Shown one piece after another: positions 30,115 through 38,925 of a stretch of DNA of 64,000 bases. Location of the stretch: NCBI GenBank assembly GCA_049969615.1, contig JBMFOM010000001.1, positions 47,199 to 111,198 of the forward strand. The letters run 5' to 3'. Numbering within the stretch: the first letter of the stretch is position 1; every line of letters starts with the position of its first letter. Under the pieces are notes generated by a model. It was not told where the DNA came from. It made no database searches and worked only from the letters and a program-made list of their open reading frames with translations. The position numbers and the translations under genes were made by a program. Origin of the DNA: a candidate division WOR-3 bacterium. Its GTDB lineage: Bacteria; Hydrothermota; Hydrothermia; JBDRYB01.

Positions 30115-30822
30115 TCAGGGGGAAACGCGAGGGGGAGGATGTGGATTGTTGTCTTTTGAGCCTTTATCCCTCATGAAAAGCAGGAGCGCGCCCGCCTGGC
30201 ACCTCGCGAGGGCCCTCTCGTGGGAACCTGTCTTGGCATATATCAGGGTGTATGCCTTCTGGCGATAGGCTTGACGTTCGGCAGGCGAAAGCGATGCGAA
30301 CGCGGCTTTGGCGCGCGAGAGCTCATCCTCGGCGTATCCGCTGACCCTGTCTTGCCGAACATAGCCAACCGGATAACGCAGGTCGCCCCTCCTCAGGACG
30401 GCCTTCAGGATGGCCAGGGGACACCGTGGTTCTGTTTTGCTCAGGGCATAGGTGTATTCAAGGACACGAATAGCCTCATCAACGCGCTCCTGGCCGTATG
30501 TCCGGTAGAGATCAGAGAGATCTTTATCTGTAAAAACAAAACGTCTCTCGGAAATCAATCGCTCTCCTGGCACGAGGCGCCGCCTGGGGCCGCTGATCCC
30601 CCTGGCAACATATCCAGCCGAGACCAGGGATTTCATGGCCCTCTGAACGCTCCTGACCGAATATCCCGTTGCCCTGGCTATCTCCTCGTTGGAAACCGAC
30701 CCCATGTTGATTATAGCGATGAGAACGGCGCCGTCTCGCCTTCCAAGGGTCTCGGTTATCCTTCTCTGGGTTTCCCACTTCACACCGGTAATAGTGCTCA
30801 GTCCGCGCGCGATGTCACCCAC
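30115..30822 (-). CDS. Winged-helix DNA-binding protein with replication-initiator/DnaD-like C-terminal helices
   Basis: SNEEIARATGYSVRSVQRAMKSLVSAGYV HTH; C-terminal LYRTYGQERVDEAI...PLAILKAVLR. Confidence 0.65.
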   Translation of the reverse strand: MGDIARGLSTITGVKWETQRRITETLGRRDGAVLIAIINMGSVSNEEIARATGYSVRSVQRAMKSLVSAGYVARGISGPRRRLVPGERLISERRFVFTDKDLSDLYRTYGQERVDEAIRVLEYTYALSKTEPRCPLAILKAVLRRGDLRYPVGYVRQDRVSGYAEDELSRAKAAFASLSPAERQAYRQKAYTLIYAKTGSHERALARCQAGALLLFMRDKGSKDNNPHPPPRVSP

Positions 30823-30931
30823 CCTACTGGTAAAAAGCTTTTATTTATAAAAGATCTTCTTACTCTGTATAGAGGGTGACAGGATGGCAAAGCCTTTGAA
30901 TTGGCACGGGTTCAAGGGTCATAATATAACC

Positions 30932-32380
30932 ATGAATGATAAAGCGATTCGGGTTCGTTTCGCTCCCAGCCCAACAGGTTACCTGCACCTGGGCGGAGCG
31001 AGGACTGCCCTTTATAACTGGCTCTTCGCGAGGAAGACCGGAGGCGTCTTCATCCTGAGGATTGAGGACACGGATAGGTCAAGGCTCGTGCCGGATTCTG
31101 TTCAGGACATAACCGAGAACCTCGCTTGGCTGGGAATACCGCCCGACGAGGGGCCGTATTTCCAATCGGAGAGGAGGGACATATATCTCAAGAAGGCACA
31201 GGAGCTCGTGGAGCGCGGAGCCGCGTATCCGTGTTTCTGCACGCATGAGCGCCTTGACAGGGTTAGGGAGGAACGCAGGAGGGCCGGGCTGAAGGTTGGC
31301 TATGACAGGGCCTGTAGGAACCTCTCGCCGGAGGAGGCCTCTGACAGGATGAGACATGGCGTGCCACATGTGATCAGGCTAAAGGTGCCGCTTTCTGGCG
31401 AGATAACATTCGTGGACCTCCTGAGGGGCAAGATAACCTATGAGTGCAGGGAGCTTGAGGACATAGTGCTCCTTAAGTCAGACGGCTGGCCAACATATCA
31501 CCTGGCGAATGTGGTTGATGACCACGATATGGGGATAACCCACATAATGCGCGCGGACGAATGGCTCCCCTCAGTGCCTTATCATGTCATCATGTATGAG
31601 GCATTCGGTTGGGAACCGCCCCTGTTCGTTCATCTGCCGGTCATCCTCTCGCCGGACGGCAAGGGTAAGATGTCAAAGAGGGCCGGCGCTTTTGCCATAA
31701 GGGAAGTGAGGGCCGAGGGGTATCTCCCTGAGGCTGTGGTCAATTACCTGGCCCTGTTGGGCTGGTCTCCAGGGGACGACAGGGAGATAATGAGCCTGGC
31801 GGAGATGGCAGAGAAGTTCAGCCTTGAAAGGCTCTCGGTTAGGGGGGCTGTTTTCAGCTATGATAAACTGCTCTGGATGAACGGGGAATACCTGCGCGCG
31901 ACCGCTGACGAGAGGCTTTTTCAGCTGGCTTTGTCGTTCTACGAGAAGGCGGGCTACATGGACCAGGAGACCATCCGTAGGATAATCCCCCTGTTCAAGG
32001 ACAGGGTCAAGACCCTGAGTGAACTGCCGGCCATATCCGGGTATTTCTTCAGAGAACCGGAATCCTACGACGAGGCCGGGGTCAAAAAACACTTCAAGGG
32101 GACAGAGACAGCCAACATCCTGATGGAGCTCGCGAATAAGCTATCTGGCCTCCAGCGGTGGGAGCCAATGGAAATAGAGAGGGTCATCCGCGCGCTCGCG
32201 GAACACAACAGCGTCTCTGCGGGAAAAATCATTCACCCAGCGAGGCTCGCGCTCTCTGGAATGACCTTCGGCCCAGGACTATTTGAGATGATGGCCGCCC
32301 TGGGAAAGGAGACCTGCCTCGCCAGGCTGAGAAGGGCCTCGGAATGGATAGAGAAAAACCTTGAGGAGGTGGGGAAATGA
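30932..32380 (+). CDS. gltX: Glutamate--tRNA ligase
   Basis: RFAPSPTGYLHLGG, RIEDTD and KMSKR; start at the ATG at 30932. Confidence 0.97.
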   Translation: MNDKAIRVRFAPSPTGYLHLGGARTALYNWLFARKTGGVFILRIEDTDRSRLVPDSVQDITENLAWLGIPPDEGPYFQSERRDIYLKKAQELVERGAAYPCFCTHERLDRVREERRRAGLKVGYDRACRNLSPEEASDRMRHGVPHVIRLKVPLSGEITFVDLLRGKITYECRELEDIVLLKSDGWPTYHLANVVDDHDMGITHIMRADEWLPSVPYHVIMYEAFGWEPPLFVHLPVILSPDGKGKMSKRAGAFAIREVRAEGYLPEAVVNYLALLGWSPGDDREIMSLAEMAEKFSLERLSVRGAVFSYDKLLWMNGEYLRATADERLFQLALSFYEKAGYMDQETIRRIIPLFKDRVKTLSELPAISGYFFREPESYDEAGVKKHFKGTETANILMELANKLSGLQRWEPMEIERVIRALAEHNSVSAGKIIHPARLALSGMTFGPGLFEMMAALGKETCLARLRRASEWIEKNLEEVGK

Positions 32381-32817
32381 CCAGGTTTGAGCGTTCGGCG
32401 GGTATAATAGTCTTCAGGATAGAGAATGGTAAGCCCCTTTATCTGCTCCTGAAACACCCCTCGTATTGGGGATTCCCAAAAGGCCACCTTGAGGACGGCG
32501 AGACCGAGGAGGACACTGCCCTTCGCGAGCTCGCTGAGGAAACTGGCCTGACCCATGTGGAGATGATCCCTGATTTTCGTGAGGTGATCCAATACTGGTT
32601 CAAAAAGGAAGGCCACAACATCCACAAGAGGGTGATATTCTTTCTCGCCAGAACGGATAAGCCGGATCTGAGGCTCTCACATGAGCACGAGGAGGCGGGG
32701 TGGTTTGACTTTGATGAGGCGAACCGGAGGGCCAGGTATCGGAATCAGCGCAGTATCCTAGCAAAGGCGCACCAGAGGGTAAAGGGGATGATCGGGAATG
32801 GGAATGGGAATGGATAA
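32377..32817 (+). CDS. NUDIX hydrolase (Ap4A hydrolase-like)
   Basis: WGFPKGHLEDGETEEDTALRELAEETG Nudix box; LSHEH. Confidence 0.92.
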   Translation: MTRFERSAGIIVFRIENGKPLYLLLKHPSYWGFPKGHLEDGETEEDTALRELAEETGLTHVEMIPDFREVIQYWFKKEGHNIHKRVIFFLARTDKPDLRLSHEHEEAGWFDFDEANRRARYRNQRSILAKAHQRVKGMIGNGNGNG

Positions 32818-32868
32818 GATCCGTAGGCGGCAGGGAGGATATTTTCCTTCGGGCAATCGCCTCTTCCC

Positions 32869-33714
32869 TTAACCATTTTTCACCCTTTCCCACCCGGCCG
32901 CAAAAATACAGAGTGCCCTCTGAGCCTTGTTCGCCCCAGCCCGGCATGACACCCATAGCTTTCTGAGCCTTCCGGGCCTCCGTCGTCCCCTGAGGATATC
33001 CTGGTCCCGCGCGAGGAAAAACCTGGCGAGGCAGGACTCAATGCCAATAGCCCGAGCGAGCGCAAATGCCTTTCCGAGGTCAACTATGGGCAATATCCTC
33101 TCCGCGTCAATCCTCCAGATCAGCCTCGGGCCAAAGGTAAATGAGCTCAGAGCGGCGTGCGCGGCGATGATGATGAGCTCATCCTCAGGGGAGAGAAACC
33201 CCTCACTGGAACGGTTCCAGAGCTTGCCGGGTGGAATAAAGAGCTCTCTGGCAACCGGATGCGCGTGCAGATCAACATTTATCCTCCCCCTGTGCATGAC
33301 AACGCTTTTAGGGCTGGATATTACCTCGGAGAAACCCTCCCCTGAGAGTATCCGGACAAAACTGGAGATATCGCGAGGCCTGACCAGGATGTCTATGTCC
33401 AGGAGGGGCCTTTCCTGGGGAAGGTAGAGGCCGCGGGCTATGAGGGACGCGCCCTTCATGGGCAGAAAATCAGGCGCAACCTCCCTCAGAAACGACATGA
33501 TAGCCATGTGCGCGAGGGTATTTGAGGCCTGGCTGGAGTAATCCGGAAAGAGGGTTGACCTGGCCTCCGGGCAGTCTATGACAGGATAAACCAGGCCGAG
33601 AATACCATGCTGGAGTGCTAGAACACGAAAACCATGCCAGTCGTGAACCTCAGCAGGCCTTCCCCTCAGGAACGAGAGGAGCGCGTCCGCGAGCTCGGTA
33701 GGGTTATGCTCCAA
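32869..33714 (-). CDS. Nucleotidyltransferase family protein (NTP_transf_5-like)
   Basis: PMKGASL...Y....R...DIDILV and VDLH motifs. Confidence 0.82.
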   Translation of the reverse strand: MEHNPTELADALLSFLRGRPAEVHDWHGFRVLALQHGILGLVYPVIDCPEARSTLFPDYSSQASNTLAHMAIMSFLREVAPDFLPMKGASLIARGLYLPQERPLLDIDILVRPRDISSFVRILSGEGFSEVISSPKSVVMHRGRINVDLHAHPVARELFIPPGKLWNRSSEGFLSPEDELIIIAAHAALSSFTFGPRLIWRIDAERILPIVDLGKAFALARAIGIESCLARFFLARDQDILRGRRRPGRLRKLWVSCRAGANKAQRALCIFAAGWERVKNG

Positions 33715-34438
33715 TACCGGCTATCTCCTTGATGGCCCGCAGTCCTTCTTTCTTGCCCGGAAAACGGAGGGCAAAAATCCCCTGGTCGCTCAGACGAGCA
33801 ACGAGCGCAAGGCCAGGCTTTCCAGTGGCCCGAAGGTTGAAGTTCTCCCGAAGCAGTTCCAGGGCCGCGTCGCGGCCACTGATCCTCTCAAGCCTAGTCC
33901 GGGAGCCAGGGGCATACCTGAGCGAGATTATCTGAAATAGTCCCGCGGGTCCGGAAATGCTGTCCGGCAAAAATGACATGGGCATGGAGGGAAAGACGAA
34001 TTTGCCGTCAAGGCTTACCGGCGCGCCATCCTCGGCCATGAACCCGTATCCTTCATCGCAGAGGGCCATCGCGAGGGTTGTCTTTCCGGAACCCCTTGGG
34101 CCGATCATCAGCAGGGCGCCCGGCTCCATTCTAACGGCCGAGGCGTGGAGCACCAGGGCATCAGACATCTCCGGAGCGAGAATTCTCCTGGTCCAATAGG
34201 AAAGGACATTGATGAAATCCAGCTCAGCGGGAAGCTCACTGAAGAAACAGACATTGCCCTCTGTCTCAAAGAAATCCTCCTGATTCCTCAACCCGACCGA
34301 GAGAACGAGATCCGGCGGGCCCGGGTCCCGGAACCTTGATATGAAACCAGAGAAGAGTTCAGCAAACTCTGGGGAGTGATCCCAGGCCACTTTCTTTCCG
34401 AAGTGGAGGGTAATTAGAGCCTTGGGCGAGTCAACCAT
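33704..34438 (-). CDS. HPr kinase-related P-loop kinase
   Basis: LHASAV, Walker A GPRGSGKTT and GFMAED. Confidence 0.82.
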   Translation of the reverse strand: MVDSPKALITLHFGKKVAWDHSPEFAELFSGFISRFRDPGPPDLVLSVGLRNQEDFFETEGNVCFFSELPAELDFINVLSYWTRRILAPEMSDALVLHASAVRMEPGALLMIGPRGSGKTTLAMALCDEGYGFMAEDGAPVSLDGKFVFPSMPMSFLPDSISGPAGLFQIISLRYAPGSRTRLERISGRDAALELLRENFNLRATGKPGLALVARLSDQGIFALRFPGKKEGLRAIKEIAGIGA

Positions 34439-34440
34439 TC

Positions 34441-34683
34441 TCAGGCGAGAAGGCCCATCTGAGCCAGCTCCTCAATGAAGGCCGCGGCGTCCGCGAGGGC
34501 CTGATCCTCCGCTATGCCATATTCCCCGACCAGGAGCCTGGCTATCTCGGATTCGGTGAGCTCCGCGTTTTCCCAGACCAAGGCCGCTGTTTCGTTCAGG
34601 ACAAATGACCGGTCTTCCTCCGGATCATAGATGATGAGACCATCCTCTATGCGTTGCGTCAACAATCCCTCTTTTCTTCTCAT
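34441..34683 (-). CDS. PqqD family protein (RiPP recognition element)
   Basis: 80 aa; IIYDP...FVLNETAALVW...IARLL..EYGI......D...FIEEL...GLL. Confidence 0.88.
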   Translation of the reverse strand: MRRKEGLLTQRIEDGLIIYDPEEDRSFVLNETAALVWENAELTESEIARLLVGEYGIAEDQALADAAAFIEELAQMGLLA

Positions 34684-35285
34684 TTGGTCATCAGGAGGTA
34701 AATGCTGAAAAACATCAGTCCGGTTGTGACGAGGTTCAGGACAAGGTTGAAGTTTTCCATCGTGCAGAGACGAAAAGCCTTTGGAACAACTATGACCTGG
34801 CCCGGTAAGACCGGCTCATCCGCCTGTTTGCCAGAGAGTATCGCGCCCAGGTCAACGCGTCTGGTCTCCCATTTGCCGCCGACCCTTGTCCTCACTATGA
34901 CTGCGGATAACCTGGCATCCGGCGCGGCGCCTCCGGCGGCCTGGAGCGCGTCGGCTATGGTCATCCCCTTCCTGAACTGAACAGGGCCAGGGATATTGAC
35001 CCTGCCGGTCACCATTACTTGCGGGGGGATCAGGTTCTCAACCGAAAGCAGTATCAGGGGGTCTTTGTAATATGGCGCGAGGTGGGCGCTCAGGGTGTCC
35101 TTGAACTCGTCAAAGCTCAGTCCTCCGGCCCGGACCTTCCCGGTGAGCCTGAGATATAGATAACCGGAATCATCAATCGCTGATATCTCGGAGAAACCAG
35201 AGGTTCCTGGGATCTCAACCTTAAGGATGTCCCCAGGCCTCAGGGTATCCGAAGAAACAGCCAAAAGCACAATATAAGCGAGCAC
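34680..35285 (-). CDS. Polysaccharide export (Wza/Poly_export) + SLBB domain protein with C-terminal TM helix
   Basis: LRPGDIL, GKVRAGGLS, VTGRVNIPG, DALQAAGG and PGQVIVVP. Confidence 0.85.
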   Translation of the reverse strand: MLAYIVLLAVSSDTLRPGDILKVEIPGTSGFSEISAIDDSGYLYLRLTGKVRAGGLSFDEFKDTLSAHLAPYYKDPLILLSVENLIPPQVMVTGRVNIPGPVQFRKGMTIADALQAAGGAAPDARLSAVIVRTRVGGKWETRRVDLGAILSGKQADEPVLPGQVIVVPKAFRLCTMENFNLVLNLVTTGLMFFSIYLLMTK

Positions 35286-35341
35286 GGGAAAAGTTTAATG
35301 GTTGTCCGGAGGCTCACGCAACAAAAACTCGGAACGAAAAG

Positions 35342-36961
35342 CTATTTCAGGCCGACCGGCGCCTTCGCTGTCGCGGTTCCGGATGATGTTGAGAGGACGA
35401 TGTAATATATGCCCCGGGAAAGTCCCTCAGTTGAGAGAGTCACCCTGTGATAGCCAGCGGGCACCTCATCGCCAAAGGCCTCCTTGACCAGCCTGCCAGA
35501 GGGGTCATAGAGCGCTACCGAGACGTAGCCCTCGCGGGGAACCGAGAACAGCACCTCAAACCTGCCCCTGTGAGGAACCGCAACCAGGGAGAGCCCCGGC
35601 GGGGCTGGCATGTCCTCGTATATTTCCAGCGGCCTTATGCAGACCCACCTGTAGAACATATCCGCGTCCGTGATGGGAAGGTCCATATCTGACCAGACAA
35701 CGCAAGCACAGGTGTCCCTGGCGGCCGTGGATGGCAGGATTGACCAGTGCCGGGTGTTGTTGGAGGCGTTGACCGCGGGCCAGGACCAGTTCTGGCCCCA
35801 GTCAAAGGAATACTGATACATGATCTCGCCGTTGAACGTAGGTGTGCTCCTGAACCACCAGAAGATGTGGACATACCGGCCCGTCGGGTCGCAGGCTACA
35901 GAAGGAGCCGCGGCCCAGCCTCCCCCGTGGGCCTCCGCGGAGTCTATGGTCATGGCTGAGCCGGAGCCAGAGGGAATCCAGGTCGCGCCGTTGTCGGTGG
36001 AGCGCTTGAACCTTATGTAATAGGCGTCATCCCAGGCGGCGTATACATAGTTGCCGGCCGCGGCTATGCTCGGATACCCGTAGAAGGATATGAGGCTCGT
36101 TGTGGCGAAGAGGGTGGTCGCGGATGACCAGTTCGCGCCGGAGTTGGTTGAACGGATGTATAGCTTGTCTATGGAAGTCAGACCCCACCTCAGGAAAATG
36201 ATGTGGACATAGGGCCCGGACGCCGCTATGTCGGGCCACATAATCGGGAATGGCAGGAGGCTTATCTCATATATCCTCTGTTGTTCCGCGAGCCAGGTCG
36301 CGCCGTTGTCCGTTGACCGCCTCAGGGTTATGTCCATGTAGGAATCGTGATCGGAGTTATCAATCCATATCGCATAAACATTGTTTCCGGCCGCGGCGAT
36401 CACAGGGCCATAGGCAACAGAATCAATGTCATGCAGGAGAACGGGTGAGGACCAGTTCACCCCAGCGTTGGTGCTCCTGGCGTAGTATATCCAGTAGTGA
36501 TGCCTCTCAACCGTGTCCGTGTCCCCGCCGCCCAGGTTTATGTAGTATGTCCAGACCGAGTCTATGTCCCATATCGCGTGGACATAGTTTCCATTAGCGC
36601 AAAGTGATGTCTGGCTGGGTCCCATGCCTATCTTAAAGGTGGTGTCGCCGTGTGGCGGTGGATCCGAGGGATCGGAAACCGTCATCAGGGTAACAACCGA
36701 GCCCCAAGTGGAGCCAAAGTCAGTGGAGCGCCGATATACCACCGAGCCGCCAGAATAATAATCCGTCCGGTTGTTCTCGGACCAGAGCACATGGACGATA
36801 TCTCCGACCGCGGCCGAGTTGTGCTGGGTTCCATGGCAGGATATAGAGCAGTTGTTCGGGGTGTTGGATATGTTGGTCACCGGGCCCCAGTTCTGGGCCA
36901 GAACGGCCGGAGCGAGAACGAGAAGCCCGGCCCAGAGCTTGATCAGATCATGTCTTTTCAT
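35342..36961 (-). CDS. Secreted BNR/Asp-box (sialidase-like) beta-propeller with FlgD/T9SS-like C-terminal domain
   Basis: Six Asp-boxes (RSTDFGSTW, RSTNAGVNW, RSTDNGATW, RSTNSGANW, RSTDNGATW, YSFDWGQNW); LYDPSGRLVK...LSRGIY; SD AAAGGAGGTG before the ATG at 36961. Confidence 0.82.
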   Translation of the reverse strand: MKRHDLIKLWAGLLVLAPAVLAQNWGPVTNISNTPNNCSISCHGTQHNSAAVGDIVHVLWSENNRTDYYSGGSVVYRRSTDFGSTWGSVVTLMTVSDPSDPPPHGDTTFKIGMGPSQTSLCANGNYVHAIWDIDSVWTYYINLGGGDTDTVERHHYWIYYARSTNAGVNWSSPVLLHDIDSVAYGPVIAAAGNNVYAIWIDNSDHDSYMDITLRRSTDNGATWLAEQQRIYEISLLPFPIMWPDIAASGPYVHIIFLRWGLTSIDKLYIRSTNSGANWSSATTLFATTSLISFYGYPSIAAAGNYVYAAWDDAYYIRFKRSTDNGATWIPSGSGSAMTIDSAEAHGGGWAAAPSVACDPTGRYVHIFWWFRSTPTFNGEIMYQYSFDWGQNWSWPAVNASNNTRHWSILPSTAARDTCACVVWSDMDLPITDADMFYRWVCIRPLEIYEDMPAPPGLSLVAVPHRGRFEVLFSVPREGYVSVALYDPSGRLVKEAFGDEVPAGYHRVTLSTEGLSRGIYYIVLSTSSGTATAKAPVGLK

Positions 36962-37022
36962 GAATGCACCTCCTTTCACAACGGGGGAAATTATAGTGCA
37001 TCCGGCACCGCGGTTCAAGCAA

Positions 37023-37089
37023 TGGTTCTGGCTATGATGAGACTTTCGGATAGGGACCAAGGACAAACCGGGGTTTTTCAGGGGTTTCA
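37023..37089 (+). repeat. Right-half copy of repeat family A
   Basis: ttctggctatgatgagactttcggatagggaccaaggacaaaccggggtttttcaggggtttca matches 10775-10838. Confidence 0.85.
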
Positions 37090-37238
37090 ATAAGGCAATC
37101 CCCGATCCTCCTAAGCTAAGCCTTAGGACCATAGGCACTTCCGCCGAACTTATTGACGGACAGGGACTTATAATGGATCGAACCTGGGTCTGGTGAGAAC
37201 AGGCACCGGGTCAAGGAGAGACATTATAATTTCCCACC

Positions 37239-38117
37239 ATGAAAACCCTGCTTATGTTTCCGGGCCAGGCATCTCAGTATGTCGGGATGGGAAAGGCCCT
37301 GTACGAGAGTAGCGAGAAGGCTCGCGTTGTAATGGACATGGCCCAGGAAATAACGGGCCTACCCATAAAGAGGATGTGCTTTGAGGGACCGGAGGAGCTT
37401 TTGACCAGGACTGATAATGCCCAGCCGTGCATAGTCGCTTGCTCGCTGGCCGCGCTGTCTGCGTGGGAGGGCGAGTTTCACATGGCAACGGGTCACAGCC
37501 TCGGGGAGTATTCAGCCCTTGCCGCGGCAGGCGCGATAACCTACGAGGACGCCATGAGGCTGGTCAAGAGAAGGGGCGAGCTCATGGCAAGGGCGGATGA
37601 GATGAGGCCGGGGACCATGGCCGCGATAGTCGGGCTGGACGAGGCGAGCATAAGGGATGCCCTCGCGGAGGCAGGGGGCGTTGTCATAATAGCGAACATA
37701 AACTCGCCTGACCAGATCGTGATCTCAGGTGAGACGGACGCGGTCGCAATGGCGAGCGAGATACTCTCCGGGCGCGGGGCCAAGAGGGTTATTCCCCTGA
37801 AGGTCTCGGCCGCGTTTCACTCTCCGCTCATGGAACCGGCCTCAGAGGCCCTGAGGCCGGACATAGAGGCCACGGAGTTCAGGGCGCCGAGGGTCCCGGT
37901 GATACCATGCGCTACCGCAAAGGCAACAACCGACCCCGCGGAACTCAAAAACGCGCTGTTGGTTCAACTGCTCAGCCCGGTCAGGTGGACGGACATGCTT
38001 GCCGAGGCGAGAAACCGGGGCGCGGAGAGATTCCTTGAGATGGGGCCAGGAAAGGTATTGCAGGGCTTGGCGAAGAGGACAGTTCAGGACGCGACCATAG
38101 AGGGGTTCGGCTCGTAG
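37239..38117 (+). CDS. fabD: Malonyl CoA-ACP transacylase
   Basis: FPGQASQ, GHSLGEY, AFHS and SPVRW. Confidence 0.96.
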   Translation: MKTLLMFPGQASQYVGMGKALYESSEKARVVMDMAQEITGLPIKRMCFEGPEELLTRTDNAQPCIVACSLAALSAWEGEFHMATGHSLGEYSALAAAGAITYEDAMRLVKRRGELMARADEMRPGTMAAIVGLDEASIRDALAEAGGVVIIANINSPDQIVISGETDAVAMASEILSGRGAKRVIPLKVSAAFHSPLMEPASEALRPDIEATEFRAPRVPVIPCATAKATTDPAELKNALLVQLLSPVRWTDMLAEARNRGAERFLEMGPGKVLQGLAKRTVQDATIEGFGS

Positions 38118-38127
38118 AACAGGGAGC

Positions 38128-38838
38128 CTACATGGCCTCCTGGACGATCCTTATCCCCGAGGATGTGCCTATGACATCCGCGCCAGCCAACTGCATCCTC
38201 TGCAGGTCCTCAAGCGTCCTTATGCCGCCGGAGGCCTTCACCCCACAGCCGGTCCCCTCAACAGCAAAGTGTAGCAAAGCAACATCATATAGGGTCGCTC
38301 CCCCGGCGAGGAACCCCGTGGAGGTCTTTACGAAAGAGACCCCCGCGCCAGCGAGGGCTTTTGCCGCGCCCTCTTTCTCTTCCTCAGAAAGAAGCCCGCA
38401 CTCAAGAATTGCCTTGAGGGGAACGCCAAAAGAAAGGAGCGCGTTTGCCTCGGCCTCAAGCCCAGCGAAATCCTTTCTCTTAGCCAGGGAGATGTCAATC
38501 ACATAGTCAATCTCGGAGACCCCGGTATTGACGAGGAGCTCAGCCTCCCTCACCTTCACATCAATGGCGTGAAAACCCATCGGAAAACCAACAACCGAGA
38601 CAAGGGGCATCTTCTCCGCGCCGATGGCCTCGCGAGCCACCGCGGCCGCTTTCGGGCCTACGACTATTGATCTGAAGGGATACTTCAGGCTCTCCTGGAC
38701 GAACCTCAGGACCTGGTCTGGGGTCGCCTCTGGGTGGAGCAATGTGTTATCAATTACTCTGGCCACATCATCCGGATCAGCAGGCTCAAGGAAGGCCTTC
38801 CTGGCCTCCTCGGCCCATGCTTGGGCTTTTCGGTTCAT
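38128..38838 (-). CDS. deoC: Deoxyribose-phosphate aldolase
   Basis: IDNTLL, GFPMG, KAILE, FVKTSTGF, KASGGIR and IGTSS. Confidence 0.94.
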   Translation of the reverse strand: MNRKAQAWAEEARKAFLEPADPDDVARVIDNTLLHPEATPDQVLRFVQESLKYPFRSIVVGPKAAAVAREAIGAEKMPLVSVVGFPMGFHAIDVKVREAELLVNTGVSEIDYVIDISLAKRKDFAGLEAEANALLSFGVPLKAILECGLLSEEEKEGAAKALAGAGVSFVKTSTGFLAGGATLYDVALLHFAVEGTGCGVKASGGIRTLEDLQRMQLAGADVIGTSSGIRIVQEAM

Positions 38839-38925
38839 GCGCAAATTATAACCCATAGCCCGCGCGGGATCATGTATTTAGGTATCTGGGAAGACCGGGC
38901 AGACCCACCCCCACGGACCGACCTG

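Noticed and set aside
32794-32814. (GGGAAT)x3 at the end of the NUDIX gene as a phase-variation tract
   Set aside because: In-frame hexamer at the extreme C-terminus; slippage would only change a GN tail
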